Shown here: positions 39,667 through 50,403 of the stretch, piece by piece
Layout: the number at the start of each line of letters is the position of its first letter
How positions within the stretch are numbered: the stretch's first letter is position 1
Assembly (NCBI GenBank): GCA_964016885.1
Contig: OZ024758.1
Span: 31,682,001-31,746,000, forward strand
Length of the DNA: 64,000 nucleotides
Reading direction: 5' to 3'
From: Eledone cirrhosa
Lineage: Eukaryota
Made by a program: the position numbers and the translations under genes
The notes under the pieces: model-generated
Database searches by the model: none
Seen by the model: only the letters and a program-made list of their open reading frames with translations
What the model was told of the DNA's origin: nothing

Positions 39667-40271
39667 CAGTATGTCCCTCTAAAATGTATACAAACTTCGG
39701 CGTGCCTTACTTTTAGCGGTCGCAATAATGAAAGTAAATTTATTTTCATTTTCGAACGTCGTGTTTACATTTTGTGTGTGTGTTTAAAGGAAACATGCTG
39801 GCGACGAAGCTTCTTTGCACGGCTCCATGTGATCTCTATGAGCTGTGTGTGCACATCAGGGTCCGCAGGATCTACAAAGTTCCGTTCGTGCACCACAACA
39901 TCATGAACGTAAATCCCACCTTCCACCTTCAATTTCCGAATAGGAAGCCCAACCATCGGAGGTGATGCCTGGCAAAATCCTTGCTGAATGATGGGGACGA
40001 GAGTGTCAGAGCTTCGATTTGGAACTTCTACAAGGCAGCAGCGTCCAGAATGGCGGACTCACCATTCTGCAAGCCTCATTACAAGATTACTTCGGTATTG
40101 AGTACTCTTCTCTCAACCGTCAACTACATACACACATATACATAATCAGTTAAAACGACAGAGGCTCTGATTTTGTCTTTAATCTCAGTAACTAATTTAG
40201 ATCTAAACACACACACACACATTGCCTGTACAGGTAATCAAAGTGTGTATGCATTTTCTGGGGACACCCTG
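39667..40271 (-). mobile_element. TA-flanked TIR element containing a Merlin/IS1595-type transposase fragment
   Basis: About 31-bp imperfect TIRs cag(ta/gg)tgtccc..aaaatg.atac..actt. Minus strand reads (with frameshifts) LVEVPNRSSDTLVPIIQ..ILPG.ITSDGWASY..H..V.H..NFVDP..HTQLIE.TW..AK. Confidence 0.65.
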
Positions 40272-40274
40272 TAT

Positions 40275-40338
<64 letters not shown>

Positions 40339-40834
40339 GAAAATATGAAAATTAATGTGAGCAAGAAGCCAACAGTATTTCATAATATATAAGTGACTAT
40401 AACGTCAACATGGAAAATAATTAACGTAAGATGTGGGAAAATAATTCAAACTCAATTAAAAAAAAAAAAATCAAGACAGATTTTGTGAAATCCAGGGAAA
40501 AACCAATAGAGTCTTAACTCAGAATAAAATAAAGTTTAAATACTCATCCTTCAATTTGGAAAAACTACAAATGCTCTATATAGTCTTAAAAATATATATA
40601 TATGTATGTGTGTGTATTCCGCAATCTCTCCGTCTGTATCAGAGATTGTCAAACTAAACCTAAGACGAAGGATAGCAGATTAAAGTTTGGTTAGTGACGA
40701 ATTATTTAAGAAACAACTGAATGAAATATAATTGTAAAATGTGACTAAATTATACATAACCCCCCCCAAAATACACTTTCAATTACTTCATTATCAAGAA
40801 TAAATATACTAAAAAAATTCCAACTTTCACTCAC

Positions 40835-40853
40835 TGGTCCGTAAAAGAGACAT
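40835..40853 (-). CDS. HAUS4: HAUS augmin-like complex subunit 4, coding exon 1
   Basis: ATG TCT CTT TTA CGG ACC A|gtgagt; phase 1 matches the next exon. Short, so less certain. Confidence 0.65.
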
Positions 40854-41949
40854 GTTATTACTGAAGAGCTTTCAAAATGTAGCGTATATTTCGTCAACCG
40901 TCGTTAACTTGTATTTATCGGGTTAGCTAGAAATAGGTACATCCAAAAACTGGATAGGAAAGCGGAACGAATGGCCAACAACTTTTAGCGGGCTTTCTAC
41001 ATATCTTGTTGAAAGTGAAAATTGGACAGGAAGGTGGAACGACTCTGAAACAAACTTATTTCTAATGTTCTGTTTATTTAATATTTTATTTTGTTTAATA
41101 ATTTATCTATAATTTTATCTTTTGGGAGAAATTAAAAAAAAAAAAAATTAATATTTGAAATTTTGCTCAGTGTAAAAAAACACTCTAAAGCCTCGAGTAG
41201 AGACAACAAGAGAAGTAGCAGCGATTTCAAACTCAACAACGCAGCAGCAGTTTCAACTTCAACAGCGGCAGAAATAGCTTGCACAACAAACTGCAGCAGC
41301 AGCTGCAGGAAGAATCAACACGAAAGGTGACGGCAGCAGGCAATAGCTTCAACACCAAAGGTGGTAACAGCAGCAATAGCTTCAACGACAGAGTCAGCAG
41401 CAGCAGTTGCTTCAACTACATAGTCAGCAGCAGTTGCTTCAACTACATAGTCAGCAGCAGCAGCAGCAATAGCTTCAACGACAGAGTCAGCAGCAGCAGT
41501 TGCTTCAACTACATAGTCAGCAGCAGCAGCAGCAGTTGCTTCACCGACAGAGTCAGCAGCAGCAATAGCTTCAACTACATAGTCAGCAGCAGCAGTTGCT
41601 TCAACTACATAGTCAGCAGCAGCAGCAATAGTTGCGGCGGCGCCAGCTTCATCAACCCAATCAGCAGCAATAGTGGCGGTGGCAGCAGCATCAACACTGT
41701 CAGCAGCAATAGTGGCGGTGGCAGCTTCATCAACACTGTCAGCAGCAATAGTGGCGGTGGCAGCTTCATCAACACTGTCAGCAGCAATAGTGGCGGTGGC
41801 AGCTTCATCAACACAGTCAGCAGCAATAGTGGCGGTGGCAGCAGCATCAACACAGTCAGCAGCAATAGTGGCGGTGGCAGCAGCATCAACACAGTCAGCA
41901 GCAATAGTGGCGGTGGCAGCAGCAGCAGCTTCGTTTGGTCACAAAGAAA
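40854..41949. promoter_or_regulatory. Probable bidirectional promoter / 5'UTR region shared by HAUS4 and UBA2
   Basis: Divergent start codons about 1.1 kb apart; locally CpG-richer than the surroundings. Confidence 0.55.
41215..41930. repeat. CAG-rich degenerate minisatellite directly upstream of the UBA2 ATG
   Basis: Units of 27-39 nt such as cagcagcaatagtggcggtggcagcttcatcaacactgt; all length changes are multiples of 3. Confidence 0.9.
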
Positions 41950-42093
41950 ATGGCGGCTTCAGTTTGTGGTGTTTTAGAACCGAACTTACAGGCCGAAATA
42001 GAATGCAGTAAAGTTCTAGTGGTCGGTGCTGGTGGTATAGGATGTGAACTGATGAAAAATCTCGTTCTTACCGGATTTACTAATATAGAAATC
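41950..42093 (+). CDS. UBA2: SUMO-activating enzyme subunit 2, coding exon 1
   Basis: [48 protein letters not shown]|gtgagt; E1 ThiF nucleotide-binding motif GAGGIGCE; in-frame TAG upstream fixes the start. Confidence 0.92.
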
Positions 42094-44671
42094 GTGAGTT
42101 CCCTTCATTAGTTCCTTTTGTACAACAATTTATATCACCCCGTTTTATATATAAATGTAACCAACCGGTTAGTGAAGACACAAAGAACTGGCAAATACTT
42201 CTCTTTCGTCCTAGTTGTTCACATAAATATATATGTTTAACATAAATAATATACTTTTCACCATAAAAACTTACCAGACGTTTTACTCATAGAATGCTTG
42301 GAAAAATATATATATAATTATATATAAACAATTGTTGAGATTAAAGATAGATTTGATTTGAAAACCTTGGTTCAGTAATATATATTGAGGTAGGGTAACT
42401 AGTTTAGTAATCTCACCTTGCTTCATAACTTTCTCAATAATGTATATTTTAAAATACATTGTATAAATTATAGTTCTTCCGTTCGTCTTCTCATTTACTG
42501 AATACTTTCCATTTGTGTTGGTCGTAGTTGAGATATAAACTTACCCCTAAACTCCCACATTTTATCAACATACCTTCCAATTTCATTTTGATAACATCAA
42601 TCAGGATATGAAAGATATATTCTTTTAATGTTACAATATTAAAGAAAATATATTAGATTTTAGATACATGAGAATATATTGGATTTTAGATACATGAGAA
42701 TAATGTCATTATTTTACAATTATGAATTGAATTGTAAAAAAACAAAATACCAACAAAAAAAACTTGTCTTAAACTAATCCCAACGACACTTTCAAATATG
42801 TATCTAAAATTTCATTTAAAAATATACATCATTAAGAAAGTTATGAAGAAACATAGTGGAGGTCGGGGAGACACTAAACTAGTTATATTTATTTAATGGT
42901 TAATGAAGTATTCTATTCATGTTTACACAAAAAGTGTTCATTAAAGAAAGATGAAAGATTTTTGCATAAAAATTGGTAATATGTTTACTTATTTTGAAAA
43001 AATAACATTTTTTGTCGTTGTCCAGTAGTTGGATGTAGAGAATTGCCTGCTTAATAATTTACTGTTGATGTCCTTTAGACAAGCTGCAGGCATTGACATG
43101 GCTAAACATTCCTTATATTACCAATGAAAACTTCGGCGGGATTTGAACTCAGGCCCTTTATGGTCCGAGTTCAAATCCCGCCGAGGTTAACTTTGCCTTT
43201 CATCCTTACAGGGTCGATAAAATAAAGTACCAGTAGTGTACTGGATAATTGCTGGCCTTGTGCCAAAAGTAGAAACAATTATATTCCCAATGAAAGACAT
43301 TGTCTATTATTTTCAAATTATTTCGAAAATAATCAAAAATTAAAAACGATTAAATAAAATAATTTCTTTGGAATATGACTTAATAAAGGTTCTTACATGA
43401 AGTTATGATATTTAGATATATATAAACAGTTTTATATGAGAATCAGAGTCGGGTTGGGATAAATAGGGTTGATTTCCAGTGGACACCAATGGTCTCCTAC
43501 TTCACTTGATCCGGGACTAAGATAGAAACACTATCACGCACGGATTGGAATCGTTTCGATTTTCAATTGTCAATTTATTTCGGTTTTGAAATTACAGTAA
43601 AATTCAATAAACAGGCAAAGAACAGAATAAAACAATGACGAGGGTGAATGGCAAGCGAAACTGGCGGTAGCATATAATGAAACCTTTGTGGTTATTATAA
43701 CCGAAACCGGTAAATTTGGATGAATACTGTGTAATTAAATTGCCAAAACGAATAAATTGATGTTTCCAACTATATAAACCACTCAGTCGCTTCTAATTAA
43801 AAGACAACAATAAAAATTGCGATTCCTCCAACAATATTTTGTCTTTCCTCATCATTTTACTGACCACATATCGTTTCATCCTGAGAACATATAATTCCCT
43901 ACAATTGTTTTATACCAGGAAGGAAATACAACTGTATGTATATCAAATGCCTGAACTATGTATATTGAGCTACTCAAATGTGGACACTATTTCCCCCCCC
44001 AAATAATAAACCCAAACAAACACAAATTATTTAATCTAAGAGATATTTTATAAATAAAAAAAAAATGTGAATCATAAAGAAGACATGTTCGGTTATTTTT
44101 CTACGAAATGTATGTAAATGAATTTACTGATTCGTTTCGGTAATTCCTGAAAGCCAAGTTAGATTTTTATGTTACCCATTATTGCTGGTGCCAAATATAA
44201 TTGCGCCACTTCTAATTTTACCAAAACAACTTGCAAATTATTTTTAAAAAAAGGTAGTAAAATTAGATGAAAACATCGCAATTAAAAATTGAAACAAGTC
44301 TAAATAGGAATAAATAAAATGAGTCGATTCTGCAGCTGGTTTCCCGCTCTTGTTTATTTTTCAAAGCTGCTATGGGATTTCCACGTTTTCAACACCAGAG
44401 ATTCAGTTTTTTTATTTTTTTAAATTGATTTTAGTCATTAGACTACGGTCATACTCGAAGTCGATCAGATTTACTTTATCGATTTTTTTTTTTCTTCGAA
44501 CTGCTAAATTATGACACACACACATATATATATAGGAAAAGTATGAACCCGACGGCAGAGCTCAAGCAGTTTCGACTTACCCACTCTACTACCCTAAGTA
44601 TTGAGTACTCTGGTGCCTTATGGTCCATCTGGTTCCTTACCACAACTCACTCGTTATATATATATATATAT

Positions 44672-45112
44672 GATATTAACAAATGGAAACTATATTTATA
44701 AAACCATATTTATTTCATTATACATATTTCAAGGACACCAAGTTAAATTATGGTGTGCTTTCATCAGATAAAATATAATATAGAGCAGTTTTATAAATAA
44801 ATATTGACATACCCTTAAAGAATGCAACTGTTACTGTCGGAGCTTCCAACAGTAATGGTTGCATTCTTTAAGGGTATGTCAATATTTATTTATAAAACTG
44901 CTCTATATTATATTTTATCTGATGAAAGCACACCATAATTTAACTTGGTGTCCTTGAAATATGTATAATGAAATAAATATGGTTTTATAAATATAGTTTC
45001 CATTTGTTAATATCGTATTTTTACTCCAATTATTTGTTGAGTGCTTTATATCAGTTATAAAAATATTTGCTTGTTGTATCACAACAATTTAAATAGAACT
45101 TTTACATTTAAA
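44672..45112. mobile_element. Fold-back hammerhead element, family C (second copy)
   Basis: Arms of about 170 bp centred near 44843, one-sided extension, TA flanks. Confidence 0.85.
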
Positions 45113-45121
45113 AATATATAT

Positions 45122-45520
45122 AAAACCAAAGATTAATATGGTTCATTGATTATTCAATGACTATAGTTTTACAATAGATTAAAAGCACTCTACAAGAACG
45201 TTTTCTGGAGTTATTAATATTATTCAGAATATTAATAAATGAAGACATTCACATAATCAAAATATGTTTTATTATATATATTTCGAAGGTACTGTGCTGT
45301 TTTTTCAGTACGTCCTCATCAGATAAAATACATGAATTGATGTATGACATACCTCAACTGTCTGGATGGTTCAATTCCAGTATTGGTAGTATCAGTTCAT
45401 GTATTTTATCTGACGAGGACGTACTGAAAAAAACAGCACAGTACCTCCGAAATATATATAATAAAACATATATTTTGATTATGTGAATGTCTTCATTTAT
45501 TAATATTCTGAATAATATAT
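45122..45520. mobile_element. Fold-back hammerhead element, family B
   Basis: Inverted arms around a short spacer; homologous to 18278-18606 in opposite orientation. Confidence 0.85.
45400..45470 (+). ncRNA. Type I hammerhead ribozyme (family B element); mirror copy at 45281-45322
   Basis: ttttat-CTGACGA-GGAcGTACTG..CAGTACcTCC-GAAA-TATATA-TA-ataaaa. Same family at 18282-18323 (-) and 18406-18448 (+). Confidence 0.78.
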
Positions 45521-45833
45521 ATATATATGATAAGGTTCTGCTTAATTTATGTTTAACACATTTGTCCTACAAGACATTTGGTCAACACGAGGCTATATGA
45601 CACTTGTTCATGGTGCCACACAGTTAAGGGGACACTGCCATGCCTGCACCTATGTGCAATATATACTATTTACTTCATTTTACGTCCCTTTATGGTCTCA
45701 GTTCAAATCCCGCCGAGGTTAACTTTGCCTTTCATCCTTATGGGGTCGATAAAATAAAGTACCAGTAATGCACTGGGTAATTGCTGGCCTTGTGCCAAAA
45801 GTAGAAACAATTATTTACTTCCTTTTAATGACA

Positions 45834-45869
<36 letters not shown>

Positions 45870-46237
45870 AAAGGAAAAGAATGACTTGTAGTTGGTATTC
45901 TATAACAATTTAATTTTATAGTTTTACTATGTAGATCTAATTAGATCTACATAGTAAAACTATAAAATTAAATTGTTATAGAATACCAACTACAAGTCAT
46001 TCTTTTCCATTTTTCATATATACCTAACTGTACCAAGGATTTCACATATTTTCCAATATATATATATATATATTGCACAACCGTATCTGCTGGTGTTCAA
46101 AACATTGTACTTCAAGTACACATTGAAAAAAAAAAATGCTTTGTTTCCATAATTCTGGAAAGCTGAGTTAGATTTTTACAATTCTCATCCAATAATAGTC
46201 TCATTTTAAAATTTGATGCTTCACATACGTATATATA

Positions 46238-46285
<48 letters not shown>

Positions 46286-46369
46286 AAGGACTGCAAACTT
46301 TGTACAGAGGTACTCTCAGTAAAGTCAGGGTAGGAATGGAGTTTAGTGAGGAATTCCAGATACAAGTAG

Positions 46370-48080
46370 AACTGCTACAAAGGTAAAGGTGATGCACTCG
46401 ATAGAGGTATAAAGCTGATGGACCAGGTCATGAAAGTAACAGAAAGAGTTATAGCACAGTTGATTAGGGACCGGGTGAAACTAGATGAGATGCAATTTGG
46501 GTTTGTACCAGTAAGAGGCACCACTGATGCCCTCTTCCTTGTGAGGCAGTTACAGGAAAAGTACCTAGCTAAAAGTAAGCCACTCTACCTGGCATTCGTC
46601 GATCTCGAGAAAGCCTTTGACAGAGTTCCACGTGCTGTAATCTGGTGGGCTCTTAGAAAACTAGGAGTAGATGAATGGCTTGTGAAAGCTGTACAAGCCA
46701 TGTATAGGGAGGGGAGCAGTCAGCAAAGTTAGGATTAGCAATGAGTATAGTGAGGAATTTAGCGTACAGGTTGAGGTCCACCAGGGCTCTGTTCTTAGCC
46801 CTCTCCTGTTCATCATAGTCCTGCAGGCAATAACGGAGGAGTTTAAGACCGGATGCCCATGGGAACTCCTGTATGCTGATGACCTCGCACTTACAGCTGA
46901 ATCTATGGTAGAACTAGAGAATAAATTCCAAACTTGGAAGCAGGGACTAGAAAGAAAGGGTCTCAAAGTCAACATGACAAAGACTAAGGTCCTTGTAAGT
47001 AAACGAGAAAACAGAACCCAGATCCCCTCAGGGAAATGGCCTTGCTCGGTATGTAGGAAAGGTGTAGGTAGGAACTCCATTCTCTGCCCCAAATGTAAAC
47101 AATGGGTACAGGAAGCTTAATTAAGAATGTAGGCTTCACATGCAGCAGCTGTGCTGGGACAGCAAACAGCCACAGGAAACAAGTACCACCAATCTCTGGG
47201 AGGGCTCTGTAGAGACAGTAGATAGCTTCTGCTACCTAGGTGACCGAATTAGCAGCGGAGGTGGGTGTTCAGAAAGTACAATAACTAGGGTAAGAACGGG
47301 ATGGAAGAAGTTCAGGGAACTACTACCATTGCTAGCTGCAAAAGGCTTCTCCCTCAAAATGAAAGGCAGACTGTATGATGCGTGTATCCGAACAGCAATG
47401 TTACATGGGAGTGAGACCTGGGCGCTGAAGGTGGAAGACTTATGTAGATTAGAGAGAAATTAAACCTGCATGCTCCGATGGATGTGTCATAGTAATATAC
47501 GCGAACGACAAAGCATAAATGAATTGAGAGAGACTGAGCATAAGAGGAATCAAATGGTGTGTGCAGGAGAGGCGGATGCGTTGGTATGGACATGTGATGC
47601 GTATGAAGGATGACAGCTGCATAAAAAGGTGCCGAGCAATAGAAGTCGATGGAAACCGCGGAGTAGGGAGACCCAAGATGGCCTGGGATGAGGTGATAAA
47701 AGCTGACCTTACCCAATTACACCTCTCAAAGGCGATGACACACGACCGTGACCTCTTGCGTCATGCAGTAATACAGAGTACCCAACCTCCCATGGGTACA
47801 AGCTGAAGCATATAGACAATATGCCCCCACACCCTCCCACTGCAAGGCAAAAAACCACCCAGCCCACACTGTAAAGTGGACGTGTAGGCGCCACGAAAAA
47901 GCACCCAGCACTCACTGTAAATGAGGTTGGTGTTAGGAAGGGCATCCAGGTGTAGAAATCAAGCCAAATCAGTTCCTGTATAAGCAAGGTATGGTCAGCC
48001 GACCAGACACTGCCCACAACAGGACAACCTGTCTAACCCATGCTAGCGTGGAAGAACTGACGTAAAACGGTGATGATGAT
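46370..48080 (+). mobile_element. 5'-truncated RTE-clade LINE, decayed RT plus 3'UTR and (GAT)n tail
   Basis: QFGFVPVRGTTDA, AFVDLEKAFDRV, HQGSVLSPLLF, LLYADD, MRWYGHVMR, GRPK..W. Confidence 0.92.
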
Positions 48081-49167
48081 GTAGGAGTACATCAAGGTTC
48101 AGTCCTCAGCCCGCTCTTGTTCATTATAGTCCTCCAAGCCATAATAGAGGAGTTTAAGACTGGCTGTCCATGGGAACTTCTTTATGCAGACGATCTGGTT
48201 CTTATAGCAGAATCAGTAGAGGAGCTAGAGAATAAATTTTGGCTATGGAAACAGCAGTTGGAAGCAAGGGGACTGAGAGTGAACCTAGCTAAGACAAAAG
48301 TGTTGATGAGTAGAAAAGAGGATAAAACTCTGATTCCGTCAGGGGAATGGCCATGTTCGATATGCAGAAAAGGAACTGGCATAAATTCTATAAAATGCAC
48401 ACAATGCAGATCCTGGGTACACAAGAGATGTAGCGGGATAGTAGGCAAACTAACAGGTAGGGAGAAATATGTATGCAGTAGATGTACAGGGAAATTAGAC
48501 AGAAGTCGCATTGATAGACACATTTTTCAAATGCAGGAGGGTGCTATAGAAGTGGTGGATAGCTTCCAGTACCTAGGAGATCAGATTAGCATGGGAGGAG
48601 GGTGTTCCGAGGCCATAGTATCTAGAATAAGGACGGGTTGGAAGAAGTTTAGGGAGCTGCTTCCTCTACTGACGAAGAAGGGTTTCTCCCTGTGTATGAA
48701 AGGCCGGTTGTATGATGCCTGTGTGAGGAGTGCGATGCCGCATGATAGTGAGACATGGGCAGCAACTGCAGAGGATATGTGACGGCTGGAGAGAAATGAG
48801 GCAAGCATGCTCCGTTGGATGTGCAGTGTAAATGTGCGTGAACGACCCAGCATGAATGTGTTGAGAGAGAAACTGTGTCTGAGAGGGATAGAATGTAGTG
48901 TACGGGAGAGGAGACTAAGGTGGTATGGACATGTGATGCGCATGGAGGATGACCGATGGGTGAAGTGCCAGGAAATGCCAGTTGAAGGAAGATGTGGTAG
49001 AGGTAGACCACGAAAAACATGGGCGGAGGTGGTGAGAACAGACCTCAGATCGTTGAAGCTCACTGGAGATGACGAAGGTCCGTGACAAGTGGAGAGATGC
49101 TCTGCTGAATAAGACCCGTCCCACCCTTGCAAACAGGGAAGAGCGGACGTATGATGATGATGATGAT
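48081..49167 (+). mobile_element. Second, diverged 5'-truncated RTE LINE directly abutting the first
   Basis: VHQGSVLSPLLF, WELLYADDL, FQYLGD, LRWYGHVMR, GRPRKTW, (GAT)n tail. Confidence 0.92.
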
Positions 49168-50403
49168 ATATATATATACATTTTGATATCTGGCCCGTAG
49201 TGTTCTATGTTCAGGATGATATAGTTCTCTATGGTATTACACTTTGCTGATTAAGGTGAGCCAGTCAGTATAGCCAGCTACCAAATCCTGGGAAGTGTGA
49301 AACATCCTGGCCAACTCAGGTGGCCTAAGTAAGGCAGTGATACCTTTGATTGGAGGAACTGCCATCCGAAGGCACTAACCAAATTATTGAATTCCTTAGT
49401 GGTATCCACAAACCTGCTCTCGTGACAATTGTGACCAGCATGGTGAGTATTAGCCACATCCCTAAAGTAATATGGTGACACAATCAAAGCAATGACCTTC
49501 ACTCTCCATCAGCTTTTAGGAAAGAGTAGTGGATACTAAGAATCTGTTGGTTAGAACAGGCTACCTGAAGACATTTAAATAAGATTGGAGATGATAGACT
49601 CAATCAGCTAGAAACAGAACTCGAAAGTTTTGGGATGACTAAAGGAGAGGCATTTTACTCTTTTATTCCCCTATAAAGCTGAACCCTCTAGAATTCCTGC
49701 CATGCCTACATTTTCCCTGCAGTCATCAACCTATAGAAGTTCAAACGTAAAATCAATCTTGAGTCTAGGAAAACCTACTGTTGTCATGGATATTACTCCT
49801 CTTTCAGCTAAATTTTAAAAACACACCTTAACCCTTTAGCATTTAAACCAGCTGTATCTGGCCACAATTCCTTCATCTCTTTCTGTTCAAACCGGCTGTA
49901 ACCGTCCACTTATACTGATGTTAATGTATCAAAATAATTATCAAAATCTCAGATTCAATGTTATGAGAGGTAAAGACTTTACCATGAAAATATAGCAAAT
50001 ATAATGTAAATGGTAAAGGATTAATAAATTAATATCATACTTGTATGTATTCCACGACTAATGAATCTGTCTGTAATAATTGCTATATAAAATATTGAGT
50101 CCAACTACTGGTGCTATAAATCAATATTTCTGAAAGAGTTCATTTTCATTTACTTTTATTTCATACTGGCGATGTTATTTACAATTATTCATCATCATCA
50201 TCATCACTGTAAAACTTTTCTTTTCCATGCTTGCATGGGTTAGTCATGTACTGAGGGTAAACTTATTGGTACACTGCATTTTTGGTTTGGTTTCTGTGGC
50301 TGGATAGCCTCCCCAACACCAACTACTTTACAGACATTATTAGAAGCATTTTATCATGACTCTAACCCTACTACGTTACAGGGGCAACTTGGTGCTTTTT
50401 GTC

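Noticed and set aside
41279-42011. Ser-rich and Ala-rich ORFs as an N-terminal extension of UBA2
   Set aside because: Different frames from UBA2, no ATG start, and the UBA2 frame has TAG stops upstream.
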